A stretch of DNA of 63,924 nt, counting the filler, from Asterionella formosa (Eukaryota), in NCBI GenBank assembly GCA_002256025.1. It is 13 parts of 13 records of this genome, joined end to end, with 100 filler letters (N's around TTAATTAATTAA, not from the genome) between each part and the next. Parts side by side here need not be neighbours in the genome. Positions count along the whole stretch, not along the records: positions 34,502 to 39,328 come from NKIB01013338.1; positions 39,429 to 44,251 come from NKIB01013339.1; positions 44,352 to 49,177 come from NKIB01013340.1; positions 49,278 to 54,090 come from NKIB01013341.1; 9 more parts are not named here. The stretch is one strand, 5' to 3'. Both the position numbers and the translations under genes were made by a program. Positions 36,919 through 49,390 of the stretch are shown piece after piece. The stretch's first letter is position 1, and every line of letters begins with the position of its first letter. The notes beneath the pieces are model-generated. The model was not told where the DNA came from. It did no database searches and saw only the letters and a program-made list of their open reading frames with translations.

Positions 36919-38422
36919 CTAAAAATTATCACATGCATCGTCATTTTCATTGTTATCATCCGCACTAAGCAAATGAGCAAGTGTCGCCTCATCATTTCCC
37001 ATTGCACACATTAGAGACAACCAGAGATCGGCTTTGGGACGTTCTGCTTCCTTAGTGTAAACTTCATCATCGCCAACATGGTCGCATGTACCTGTTAACG
37101 CCATTTCTGGCGGTCCACGGCAAGGAAGCCATATTCCCTGCTTGACTTCGCTTTCCAGTTGCCCAGCTTCCCAACAACTCGCTCCAACATAAAACGAAAT
37201 GTCGTCTAAGAATGTATTAGCTTGGTCAGAGAAAAAATGGAATGATGACTTGAACAGATTTAGCTACTCTCTTACCTCGATCAAGTGTTCCCTCTGTAAC
37301 GGCGGATGCTGCTTCAATCAAGTCCCCTTTGTAATACACCGCTCGGTCAGTATACATCGCCGGACTGGTATCCCCGTCATTGATTATTTTCAGCACTTCC
37401 CCGTTCAGCGTTGGTTGATCTTGTGGTCTTGCGCCATGTATCATCTTTCATTTATGACAGTGTAAATGATAAGCAAAACAAAATGCATGCAATAATTTCA
37501 AGGGGAAAATACTCACCTGCAAGGAGAGGTGAACGGGCCCCCCATGTCTAATAGAACATTCACCAAAAGAATCCAAAACTTTCCTGGGAAGGTGACGAAA
37601 GACAGCTCGGAGCGTTTGATCTCTACCTGTAAATGGATTTAAGCCAGGCTTATTGATGACGAGCCCATACGTGCCTCCGTGGCGTACCTTGTCGTCTTCC
37701 AAGACCTCTCGTTCGCAATGGTCCAGTATACAAACGACACTTCGTCGGAAGTACCCAGTTAACAGAGGATGAGCAATCAAGAATACCCCTTGCCTTAGAT
37801 ATGCATCTGGATCCAGAGGAAGCGGCTCTACATGCCGGGCTGCTTGGCGTTGATTTCGAAGTTTTTGAGCCTCGAGCTCCTTGTCCGCGACACTCAAAGT
37901 GTCCAGCCAAGAAAGTTTCGTGTTAAGTTGGCGGAGAGCCAAAAAACCCACCTCTTTTCGAGTTATGTAATCAAACGGACTTTCGAAGATTCTAAATTCC
38001 CGATGGATGATGTGGCGTAGTCTCGTGGTGTCTACTTGTTTCGGGAACTGCAACTGCCTTGTGCCATCCACTCCGGCCACCACTTCCCGCAGCAGGCGCC
38101 TAAAACAAATTCGTATAGGGGCTCGTCGCTGATCCTCGGAATTTCCAAGTTCAGAATTCGGTTCTTCATCAATGGCATAGCTTTTGGAGAGATTCCGCGC
38201 TTCTTCAAGTGATCGACCTTTTCGTTCACTCCTGGCGTTGGACAAGGCAGCTGCTATCCTTCTATTCGCCAAGTATTTTTCGAAATCTACGCCATCTCCA
38301 GCTCCTGTTCGATGTAAAAGACAAGAAGCTACAGCGGCATGGGGATTAGGAGAAGAAAACGGTTTCGATGCTTTGAGAAGGGATCTGTACAACCGTCGAA
38401 GGATCAGAGCGTTGGCCGACAT
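36919..38422 (-). CDS. DUF179 (YqgE/AlgH) protein with an LYR-like N-terminus. Exons 38422-37517, 37444-37276, 37205-36919
   Basis: FLIAHPLL..YFRRSVVCIL, YGLVINKP, HGGPV and FYVGASCWEAGQLESEVKQGIW motifs. Two GT-AG introns keep the frame. Confidence 0.85.
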
Positions 38423-38927
38423 GGTGGGTCATTAAATTGCAATATAATAATAAAAAAAGAAAAGCAAATGACAAGAAACTGACATCAGAATTCGTATCCC
38501 TAAACAATAACCCTATGATGGCTTCCTAAGTGAATGCCCAGCGTGATTCATTGTGAAGTGCTACTGTACCTGGTACCTGGTACCCATGGTTCCAAGTACA
38601 TACTGTGCCAGCTAGAGTACTACCGTATTGGTACTGGTATACCGGTACTTAAGGTCGTTCTTATCATTTTCGATTTGGTATCATATTTTTGGAAAAAGTA
38701 TCATGCAACGGCAACTCGATTTAAAGCGAAAAAATCCATTCTCCACAAAAATAAAAATAAAATTGTATCATCAAGAAGTATTACGAAAATTCAACGGATA
38801 CGGGCTGGATACAAACATGTGCTTTTCCTTCCAAACTACCGTACATAATGGTACCAAACCAGTCCTCAAACCATGCAAGAAATCTACGCGAATTATGTAC
38901 CGGTATATGGACTCCTATAGTCAATGG

Positions 38928-39100
38928 TATTTGCACAGGTATTTGTTGTAGTCACGTGATCATTTTCGTATTCTATTGCCTAGTACGTGCTGGACGAGAG
39001 ATAGTAGAATGTACCGGTAGTGACAGCCAAAGCCAAAGTATTTGCACAGCTAGTATATGTTGTAGTCACGTGATCATTTTCGTATTCTATTGCCTAGTAC
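38928..39100. repeat. Two ~60-bp direct repeats
   Basis: TATTTGCACAG..TGTTGTAGTCACGTGATCATTTTCGTATTCTATTGCCTAGTAC occurs twice. Confidence 0.85.
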
Positions 39101-39428
39101 TTTGTCATGAATTCCCGAATATCAGTACCGTACCAGGTACTGGTACCTGTAATTAGATACTGGGTATGTCTCTATGCACATGACTCAATCTGTTCAATTC
39201 TCAACTCTGTGGTTGTCGTTCTTTGGTGTTGTGGGTGAACATTGCCACACACGGCCGCTATAATGATTGTATGGTTCTTCTTTGATCCACACCATAATAA
39301 TTTTTGTATATTTCATGTAGATGTAAGGNNNNNNNNNNNNNNNNNNNNNNNNNNNNNNNNNNNNNNNNNNNNTTAATTAATTAANNNNNNNNNNNNNNNN
39401 NNNNNNNNNNNNNNNNNNNNNNNNNNNN

Positions 39429-39860
39429 CCAATCCCAGATTGATGCATCCCAATAATGTGTCATTTGATTTTTCTGATCCCTGCAAGGCTCCACAACCGT
39501 CTGATGTCCGTTCAGAATTACACACCGGGAGTTGGTGGATTGACGCTCAAAACTGTCTGTGAATTCAACCCAATGATTTTCTCGTCCCTCTAATGTTTTT
39601 CATTGATAGAACACATACTGTAGAAAATTCTAAATTCACCATGGAGCCAGTTTTGTTTTCTCTTGGGATTTTCCGTACAACTGTAAGGAACAAAGTCATT
39701 GCTTGGCGCCCCCTTGGTCTAATACCAAAACTTGATGGTCAGAGTCTTGCATTGAACAAAAATATGACTGCCGACGATAAGTGCAAGGATTATCACACAA
39801 TTTTGGCAATTATATTGTCGGGAGTTCAAGAGACTCAGAAATCTGGTGGCTTCATTCAGC
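39429..39860 (+). pseudogene. Plavaka-type transposase fragment
   Basis: ELHTGSWW, VPLMFFIDRTH, EPVLFSLGIF, AWRPLGLIP and YHTILAIIL motifs, with an internal stop. Confidence 0.75.
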
Positions 39861-40320
39861 TGGCAGCTGAATGATATCAAGATAGAAAAGTAGTTTGTAA
39901 GTGCATACAGAGAAAGGCAAAGAAATAAACAATACGAACATACGAAGAAAAGCGCTGACATTTAAGGTTTGAAAAAGACACCCATTCTTGGTTGAGTCGT
40001 GAATTTTCTTTCACATGAGACTATAGATTGGAAAGGAGGTTGAGCTGAGCGAGAGAAGGAGAATCTCTGAAAGAAGAAAAATCACATCAAACTTACCATG
40101 AAGAGGCCATCATAGTCATTGTGAGTTTTCGTTTCAGCATGATTTTACAATTATGTGGTGCAAGATTGACGATAATAACATATTTGTAATAAATTAATAT
40201 GGGTGCGGTCAATTGTGCTCATTTCATGATACAATGTACCAGATTATCGGTACCAGGTACTGTAAAATGAACACACTAAAATCCTGGCATGTTCTGCAGT
40301 GTTGTACGAGTATGCAATAA

Positions 40321-41122
40321 GGCCATTGCTAACGGTGGACCAAAACGCCAACCAAACAGTGTTTTGGTTTCGGCAACCCTAAAAAAACGATGCTATCGGG
40401 TGTGAAAAAAACAACGCAAACGCATAACATTTAGGGGATTCCGTGCCCATATCCCAATAAGTTACCCAAACGCATTACGTTTAGGTATTTTTCTTCCAAA
40501 GTTACCTGAACGTAGGATTCCATATTGACTACTTTGAATGTAGCCACTAGAAACCCAATTATAATCGTCATAGAATCACTACATATAGGATGCATCATTT
40601 ACATCATATATTTATACAACGATAGCTATATGGTACTCTAGTACCAGGCACCAGGGTACCCACTGGCAAGAACAACAACAATAACAGCAACAACAACAAA
40701 TCATCGCTGATTTCACCATAATCAACATGTCGTCAAATCCTCATTTCACCAACATGGCACACATGTTGTTGTTGTGTACCCGGTAATATGTACTCGGAGT
40801 ATAGTACATTGACAACACTATAGTATATATACATACCAGTGTGTAGTTGGATGACAACACAGCAGCATCGCTCAAATTGTGGGAAAAACTAACTAATTCC
40901 CAAATAGGAATAATAATATTTCATTCATAAAATTAGTCTAATAGAAAAATTACTTTTTTAAATTGACTTTGTCATCCTATATCACAGTAGATGGGTGATT
41001 GACAACATTTAGGATTTTCCAAAAACCGATAGCATCGTTTTTGCGTCAGTCTGACCAAATCCAAAAACCAATCTAAAAATAAGTTTTTGGGTTTTCGTTT
41101 GGGTCAATGGTTAGCAATGGCC
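40321..41122. mobile_element. Tourist/Harbinger-like MITE
   Basis: TAA|GGCCATTGCTAAC ... GTTAGCAATGGCC|TAA, plus the subterminal inverted repeat AAAAACGATGCTATCGG / CCGATAGCATCGTTTTT. Confidence 0.88.
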
Positions 41123-41205
41123 TAAGGACCTCCAATTTTACCACCACTCTTCAACGGCGCACCACCAGTAATAAAAACATAAGGAAAATACGTATGGATG
41201 TATTT

Positions 41206-44200
41206 GTCTGCAAATAAAAGCCATCATATTCCCATGATGCATAATAGGATTATGATCATCTGATCATAATTTTTCGTTGTATCATCTAATAAATTTGATA
41301 AATGCCCTCGTAATTTAAATAGTAACTAAATTTTGACTATGTCTATTTAACTATTATATGTATTGCTTCTTTTAGATTCCTGTATTTGAATTTCTTAGTA
41401 GGATAAAGTCGTACCAACTAAAGAAATGTGGTTTGGCTAAACATCCTCTCCAGTCCTCACTCTGATTCTTGCAACAACGACAAAGCTGCCATGTCGAGAG
41501 GAAAAACCCTCGAAAAAAGCACTACTTTGTTGATGTTCATGAAAAGCCAGACACTTTGGCCTATCGCCCACCACCAGCCAGTATATACTTCAAAAATGCT
41601 GTAAGATGCACAAGTTGAATGCCCATTTATGGATTCAAGTTCCATGTTCATGAAAAACCAGACACTTTGGCCTATCGCCCTCAACCAGCCAGTATATACT
41701 TCAAAAATGCAAGAAACACAGGTTGAATGCCCATTTATGGATTCAAGTTTCAGTAGTGCAACAATGTAAAATATTAGAAACCGGAAGTCACATTTCATCT
41801 AATTACGGTTTTCATTAGCTATACTAGCTAGAATTGATTGAGAGGAAGCAACGGTAGAATGGCTGCCAAACGGGCGGGGGCAAATACAGAGAATCCTACT
41901 AATTTTTCTCCCCAATGATCCCAGTCCCTTTTTGAATGTCACTTGCTACAGAAAATGTAGAACAGCCGCCATGATCTGTTGATTGTTGCTGTATGGTGCC
42001 ACTGAGGACCAAAACCTCCAGAAATCTCAATGAGTTGATTGTTTCTTGACTTGAATGCCAAAGGGATCAAAAACAGTGGAAAAAGCAAAAAGGGAACTAA
42101 AAATTCTCTGCAACATCAGGGCAATTGTGAAAGAGAAATGAAGTTTCTTGGGAGGAGAAGTAAAGGGATAATTGCTTCTGGTCTTGCGGAAACAAGTAAA
42201 AAAAATGACCCAAACAATATTGACACATAGGTACTACCTACCGGAAAAAGGAAGCAATGCTTTCGGCATCATCAATCTATACACAAACCTGCGCCAACTG
42301 ACGTCAATATAGCTACCTCGACTTCATCAATGAAGAAGTTGATGGGCGGAGCATTTGAGGAAAATCGGGGTTGAGGTTTTCTTGACGCCAACGTGGGCCT
42401 GCTTGGCTGAACTTGCAGATGAAAGCATTGAGTAACCTGGGCCTGTGAAGCCAAAGGATAAAGAAAAATCTATGACAAGGCTGGTGAGATGATAGTGTTT
42501 AGGAGGGGGGAGCAAAAGTTATCATATCTGAACGCATTCGAACATTCGTATACACAATAAATGGTGGCATACCAGCATGGCCGCTCTTGGCTGACAGTTG
42601 CCAATTCAAAGTCAATGTACAAATACAACAAGGGTGCACAAAATATGGTCCCATTTTGATCGACTGGCTGATGCATAGTTTTGAGACTCACTGTTCTGCA
42701 ATGGGGTGGACTTTGATCATTGCTTCGTTCGAAGCACAATCAATTCGAATGCTGTCCAGTGAAACAGCCAATGAAAACAATTGTGGCGGCGAAAAAGCGC
42801 AGAACAGATCAAGAGATTTCATGGGAATTAAAGTAACAGGGAAAATATGATGCACTGCTCCTTGTGTAGACTATATTTGATCATTTCCATGTTTCATTTA
42901 CAGGTTCATGGATGACTCCTCCCGCCCATTCATTAGATATGCAGCCATGTTGCGATATTTCTACCGGACCTATAGGATTGGTAGTTTGGTGGTCATCATT
43001 TCCGCATTCTATATACCACCAGTAGGAGTCATGTATGCATGCATGCTGCGATAATTCTTACAGGACAAATAAATTTGGTAGCTTGGGAGTCCAAGTAATC
43101 GCTTCCGTATTGTATACAGGGGTGGGGGTTGCATGCATGAACATTTACTCCGGTATAAACCATGATCTTTCATCAATAAATTTTGATTCGTTCATCCTAT
43201 ACCTTTGATCATAACATATTGATCATATAATAAATGGTGTCGTTGATGAGAAAATGAAAGATCAAAATTTATTTTCAGGGATCAGGATTAATTGATCTTA
43301 GAAATATGATGAAATGACCATAAACACATGAGCATATTCAGTTTTCCGCTGCACTATTGTACTAGTACTCCCATGATAGAAGTAATACCCAGCTAGTATA
43401 CAGTACTACTGGTAGGCCATTTGAATTTTTCGAATGTACCGGTATATGGTCAATATGTCCATATTCATAAAAGTATGATTGAGACCATTTGAGATTTTTT
43501 GATGACTCCCGTTTATTAAGGGGCTAAATTAAATCAGCCACTGACTTGTAGGTATAAGCAAGAATTCACACAAAACAATTTGAAAATTTCAACAAGTCAT
43601 GGAAAAATACTATTTACTCATCATGCATTGTATGTATTTGAATTATGTATAATCAAAATTGATGTTAGTATAAACAGGATGTGCCATATAATGAGCGTGT
43701 TTAAAAATATGCAAATGTTCAACTATATCTACATTTAATCTAACAAATCTTTATTTATATGTATTCATGGCTGATACATTTGAATTCATGTTTTCATGTT
43801 CCTTGTCATGCATTCACTTTGCTCCTGAAATGAATGATCATCACACATGATGACACGGAAAACGAAAGTGATAATACAACACAATGATACTTGCAACTGG
43901 CTTAGAAGGAGTTACCACGGAGAAGGGCGGATGCAAAAAACTGAAGTGACAATACAACACGATGATACACCATGCGGCTAAGAAGGAGTGAATATGATGG
44001 AGAAGGGCGGAATCAACAAGCTGTGCATAGTAGCACGGTTTGTCTAGAGCAATTGCCAGGATGATCAATTGTTGGGATTACAAATATGGAATGACTCGTC
44101 CCCTTTCAGTGATTCAATAACTCATTTTCGATTTGGTGGCTGGCCAACCATCAATATGGACAAAAGAAATCGGGAAGTGCTATCATCTTTGGATCAATCC

Positions 44201-44251
44201 ATTTCTGTTAGAAAAACTGACACATGTTTGCTGCTTCTTTCAGGATAATGG
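41206..44251. mobile_element. GTCTGC TIR family copy 2 (inverted relative to copy 1), with ~1.7 kb of extra internal sequence
   Basis: Starts GTCTGCAAATAAAAG and is homologous to copy 1 at both sides. A ~105-bp duplication lies at 41534-41750. Confidence 0.8.
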
Positions 44252-44351
44252 NNNNNNNNNNNNNNNNNNNNNNNNNNNNNNNNNNNNNNNNNNNNTTAAT
44301 TAATTAANNNNNNNNNNNNNNNNNNNNNNNNNNNNNNNNNNNNNNNNNNNN

Positions 44352-46271
44352 CAAATGCTCAGCTTGTCATTGAGCTGAAGCATGTTATGATGCTTGAAAG
44401 AAAGGTAAAAACTCAACGTGATGAGTTTCTATTCAAGATATTTTCAATGAATAGTGAATCAGCAGAAGCAAAAGGTGGCTTGCCATGAAGGCAAAGAAGC
44501 AATGGAGGAGAAAGATGCTGTGATTGGGAAACTGGCAGCCAAAAAGGCCAAAGAAGGTATAGTGGAGTTTGTCAATTCTGCTGAAGTATATGTTTCAACT
44601 TCTCCATCAGCATCTACTGATGATGATGAATCGATTCTAGAAACTGAACAACTAGAGTTTTAAAATAATTTGGTTACTAATTACTCTGCTAGTATCATTT
44701 CATTGTTTCCGATTTACATTATAAGAGTCAATAGATTGTTTAATTTAATAAAAATAAAATATTGTATTTTATATATCCTCATTTCGAGTCCACAAGTGCT
44801 CAATCAAATCATTTCGCAATTGATAGTGCTCACCTTCATTCATGTAGCTCATTCGATTTGCTTTGAAATCTAGGAAAATATGCACATTGTCAACCAAAAA
44901 GCCATCCTGAATATTATCAAATAAGTATTCATTTGTGTCTTTTGTATCCCACTCATCTTCTATAATCATGTTGCGTAGTATGATACATGCAATGATGACA
45001 TGATTCATTGCAACCACTCACCAAAGTTTGCACTGAAGCGCCAGGATCCTTCACCTTGCTTGTAGCACACCAAATGCTCGCTCTACGTCCTTGCGTTGGA
45101 CCTCTTGTACCATTGTCAAATGTGCACGCTTTGCACCTTGTGGTTGCGAAATTGTTTTGACAAAAATGTGCCAATCTGGTTAGATGCCATAAACCAAATA
45201 GTGACCTAGATTCTGTTCTTTGTTGTTGATTGTGAAGTTGACGGCAGGAGTCCTTCCAGCTGTTAAATCCCGGAATAACAGAGAACAATCCAAAATATTG
45301 AGATTGTTGTTAGCACCTGGCATTCCAAACCATGTGTGCCAGAACCAAAGTCTACAATTAGCCAACTGCAGCTTCCAAAGCAACAGTAGCCACTCCATCT
45401 TTTCCTTGAAACGCTCCTCTGTGTGCCTTGGGAAAATTCTTCCATTCCCACTGCATCACATCCAATGAACCAAGAAGTCCCAGCCAACCCTTTGCTTCAT
45501 GTAGACGTAAACCATTTCCATGTCATCCTTTGTAGGAGCTCGCAAATATTCTGTTCCATACCTGCTGATTATTGAGTTACAAAACACTTTTAGGTTGTGG
45601 AGTGGAGTTGATTCAGCCATTCTTGTGAGGTCATCCAGCTGATCTGCTGAAGTTCCATAAGCCAACATTCGAAGTGCTGAGGTTAACTTTTGATGCGGCG
45701 AAAAACTGACCAGACCCAAGGCATCTTTCTTCTGTAGTATGGATTCGCCTCAACCAAATCTTCAAGAATCTTTTCAAATAAGGAGCGATGCATCCGGAAG
45801 CGCCTCCTGAAATGTGCAGGAGAGTAGATTGGATTCTCGCCGAAATAGTCGTCCTTCAACAGCTTATCGTACTCTGCACAAAAGGGATTCACATTAGTAG
45901 CCTTGTCAACCTTGGAACCTCCTCCCCTATTTTGTATTTCTTTGCATCATTTTCATTTCTTTGTTGATGATGCATCTTGCGGAAGTGGAAGAGGCAATCA
46001 TCATCAGATGAGTCCATATCATTGCTCATAGTTTCATTTTGCGTTTATATATCTATGTATCATGTACCGCTATATCAACGATTCACATATAAAGACAATA
46101 TACCGGTAACTCTATTTCTATTTGCTAAAATTATTTTAGGATTTGGTCGATCCGGTGGAAAAAACTATGAAAATTTCGACTATTGATACAAAATTTCTCG
46201 ACCAAGTGACGTGTTTTGATATTTTCAACTGCGTTTGGCTTTGGTATTTGGTCGATGCGGTTGAGATGCTC
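44352..46271 (-). mobile_element. Degenerate PIF/Harbinger element: transposase pseudogene 46029-44769 and possible end of a convergent second ORF (<44352-44663, + strand)
   Basis: DDYFGENPIY..HFRRRFRM, LTSALRMLAYG, WFWHTWFGMPGANNNLNILD and ACIILRNMIIEDE motifs with frameshifts. Terminus GTTGAGATGCTC|TAA at ~46271. Confidence 0.88.
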
Positions 46272-46744
46272 TAAAGCCTTTTTTGAAGACCAAGCAACTT
46301 TCAAAATAGAAATAGAAATAGTACCGGTATACTGGTATACTGATACTGCGTCGCGAGTGGTATCAGGAATCAGTACCCTGGCACTTAATACTGCAGTATA
46401 CACTGCTTGCAGTACATACCGGTATGCTTTCATCGACGACCTCTTCCGTTACTACCGGTAGGTATCTCTATTTACCCTGGTACCTGATGGTATCAGGAAG
46501 AGCCATAACTGTTTGAAATGGAAATAGAATGTAGTTAGTATAAGGTACCGGTACCAGGCACAGTGCAAAAATACATCCCACAACATTACTTGTTACTGCC
46601 GGTTATTGAAACTGGCAAGGTTACTTGGAAGTACCGTTTCCGAGTCGCTTACGTCGCTTACCAAACCGAAAAGTGTTAGTTGACTGCATCTTATTGAAGG
46701 AAGTGAAGGTTGCTGCTGGTAGTGAGCGTCGAAGGGGTGCAATT

Positions 46745-47938
46745 ATGCCGTGGCTTGTCAAGGGCAACCCGAACCCGGCGGAGAATCTTCTGTTTGTGCA
46801 TGTTCCCCGCTGTGGAGGAACCTCTCTTATGCAGTTTTTCGATGTGCCCAAGAAAGCTATGGAAGGAAGATCTTGCATGGGTCGATTTGGTTTAAGAGTT
46901 TTCTTTCATCGTTACAAATTGTTGGAATCGGCAAATTTCCCCATTTGGACACATGGCAATGCCTTCTTTGCTATAATCTTCGTCGCATCAATCGCTATTC
47001 GCTTTGCTTCCACAAACGAGATCCTTCGCACGATCGGCAGATCAATGTCGGTCGTATCTATCTCGTTCTTGCTTTGCTTGTCCTTTGTTTTTACTGCACC
47101 TGTTATTGGAAGATTCCACAGAGTGCGCCGAATGTATCTTGTCTTCGTTCACTACATTCTTGCGAGGGCATTTGAATCCATCGAATGGTGCACTGGAACG
47201 AACAAAACTGGATACATTATGCATCTCACTGCTCACAAGCTCTTGGCGTATGGATACGTGACGCCGGAAGAAATGGAACAAGTTTCGTCGATGGCTATTG
47301 TCCGAAACCCTTACAGTCGGATGGTGTCCATCTACATGTACAATCGCTTCGGACGGCACGAATCGTTTTCTCATTTTTTGAAGAGCTGGCACAAATTGAT
47401 GTACGCCTATCGCACCAAAGGAGAAACAGAAGAGTGGTACACTCCATGCCATGCGATCCCGCAATTTGAATTCACTCACTATGAAGGGAAGCAATTGGTA
47501 CAGTCTATTGTGAAGCAAGAAGAACTCAAGCTACTCAAAACTAAGGAAGGCAAGGAAATCGCTGACATTCAAGACTCATCCGTTTCGGACTTGCCAGATC
47601 CAGTACGCAACGCTCTACTCGGAATGCCTCATTCAAACCAACGAAAAACAAAGGAGAAATGGTTCGACTATTATGACCAGGACACTCTCAATTTGACCTA
47701 CGAACTCTACAAGAAGGATTTTGTCGTTTTTGGTTACAGCCCCGAATTGGAACAAAGACCTGATTTGAAATCCCCGGAGTCTTTTCGTTTGGAAGCCCAT
47801 ATTGATACCATGCAAGAAACGCATTCAGTCAAGCGCCCTTTAGTGATTAGGGAGACGCGTCGGCCAATGTTGAGGAAATCATTTTCCTCAATCTACGTGT
47901 CTCCCCATTCTTCGCTCAATTTCAAAAAACGAGAATAA
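46745..47938 (+). CDS. Sulfotransferase (Sulfotransfer_2-like) with an internal hydrophobic insertion
   Basis: 5'-PSB-like LLFVHVPRCGGTS, 3'-PB IVRNPYSRMVSIY, HAIPQFEF and LYKKDFVVFGY motifs. Confidence 0.85.
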   Translation: MPWLVKGNPNPAENLLFVHVPRCGGTSLMQFFDVPKKAMEGRSCMGRFGLRVFFHRYKLLESANFPIWTHGNAFFAIIFVASIAIRFASTNEILRTIGRSMSVVSISFLLCLSFVFTAPVIGRFHRVRRMYLVFVHYILARAFESIEWCTGTNKTGYIMHLTAHKLLAYGYVTPEEMEQVSSMAIVRNPYSRMVSIYMYNRFGRHESFSHFLKSWHKLMYAYRTKGETEEWYTPCHAIPQFEFTHYEGKQLVQSIVKQEELKLLKTKEGKEIADIQDSSVSDLPDPVRNALLGMPHSNQRKTKEKWFDYYDQDTLNLTYELYKKDFVVFGYSPELEQRPDLKSPESFRLEAHIDTMQETHSVKRPLVIRETRRPMLRKSFSSIYVSPHSSLNFKKRE

Positions 47939-48506
47939 AATTGCGCTTTCATAGTGTCATCAGAATGACTTTGCAATCTCAAACTACCGTCGTGGGTTGT
48001 GAGACTTTTAGATGTTGGAACGGCAATAGAATTCCAGCTATTTGCTTAATTACCTATAGCAAAGTATTTTTGTTGCTTTTAGCACCTGAGTGCGACTAAT
48101 TGGAGTGATGCACCCATTTCTGAGCACACTAACAGTACCCAAGCAATCAGCTTTAGCCACTTCGTGGGGGGCACTTCGTGGGGGGCCACTTCGTGGGGGG
48201 GGGGAGGGCAGTACACCCCACAATGTATTTCTTGCTGTTACTCAGTCCCTTCCTAGCTCAGTGGCACGAAGTGTCCGGCAAAAGCACTGAAGGCATTGTA
48301 TGCGTATTAACCTGCATCAAATATGAACTCGTTCAATTCTGTTCTATACAACAGTATTCGACAAGAATCACCAGTGAGCTTTACCGGGAGTACCTCCCTA
48401 CCTAGGAATCCTCATTTGAGTTGGGGATTTGTTGTGTTAAATCGCAGTAGTTGCAACAGCTATTGAGCAAATATGGATGTACTAGGATGAACAGAAAAGT
48501 AGATTT

Positions 48507-49046
48507 CTAGGGAAGTATTGTTGTCAAGAAAGAAAGGGCCTGATCCTTCGTTCTAGCTTCTGCCAAATCCTCATATCGTATCGTGTTTCGGCCCCTACTC
48601 TTAGCGATGACATTGCTCGCTGTCGCCAAGCGCTTCACGAAGAGTTCTGCAGCCAAAGTCGTCAAAATAGCTGCCTCATTTTGTATGGTAGCGATGTCAG
48701 GGTCCAACTTCATTGTCCTCTTGGTAGCTCTAAACGGAATAGTCAATCCCATCACAGCAGGCTGTCGAATCTTCTTTCCTACTGGAGGACAGGGTTTCTT
48801 TCTCTTTTTACCCCCTGGCACCTTCGTTTCAGTATTGTTAGATTTTTTAACATTCGTGACTTCTTCTTCGTCATCTTCGTCGTCTCCTTGAACGCTAGCG
48901 TCGACTGCATCGTCATCCTCGTCATCAACTTCGACAGCGGCATCCGCAACGGCAACATAATTCGTATTTTCGTCGTCCTCGTCGTCGATTTCTTCGGCGT
49001 CAACTTGTGCTACATCGTCATCATCCTCGTCAGATGACATTATCAT
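48507..49046 (-). CDS. Histone-fold protein (NF-YC/CHRAC/DPB3-like) with an acidic N-terminus
   Basis: IPFRATKRTMKLDPD..IQNEA...AAELFV..LA and RNTIRYEDLA motifs. Confidence 0.85.
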   Translation of the reverse strand: MIMSSDEDDDDVAQVDAEEIDDEDDENTNYVAVADAAVEVDDEDDDAVDASVQGDDEDDEEEVTNVKKSNNTETKVPGGKKRKKPCPPVGKKIRQPAVMGLTIPFRATKRTMKLDPDIATIQNEAAILTTLAAELFVKRLATASNVIAKSRGRNTIRYEDLAEARTKDQALSFLTTILP

Positions 49047-49340
49047 TCAACTCAGATAAAAAAGCAATGTAGAGGTAGTCTACTTTGACTCTTTTTGAAA
49101 TGTTGCTTGCTTCCAACGAGAGGAGTGAAAGAGTCGACAGAAAGGAAGGCTGTGCGATACAACCGCCGGTATCATATNNNNNNNNNNNNNNNNNNNNNNN
49201 NNNNNNNNNNNNNNNNNNNNNTTAATTAATTAANNNNNNNNNNNNNNNNNNNNNNNNNNNNNNNNNNNNNNNNNNNNGAAAAATTATCAAGAGGTTGCTA
49301 CATGGACACGAAGGCGATATGATCTATGATAGGTGCAGGT

Positions 49341-49390
49341 TGTTGAGGGGAGCCTTGTCATTAACAAAGGTGAGCTACAATATTATGACT
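49341..49390 (-). mobile_element. Short LTR-end fragment of the same CoDi-like family
   Basis: TGTTGAGGGGAGCCTTGTC...GAGCTACAATATTATGACT matches 32473-32522 and starts exactly at the LTR boundary. Confidence 0.7.

Noticed and set aside
48159..48205. CACTTCGTGGGGG x3 G-rich repeat
   Set aside because: Short local repeat with no second copy or boundaries in the window.
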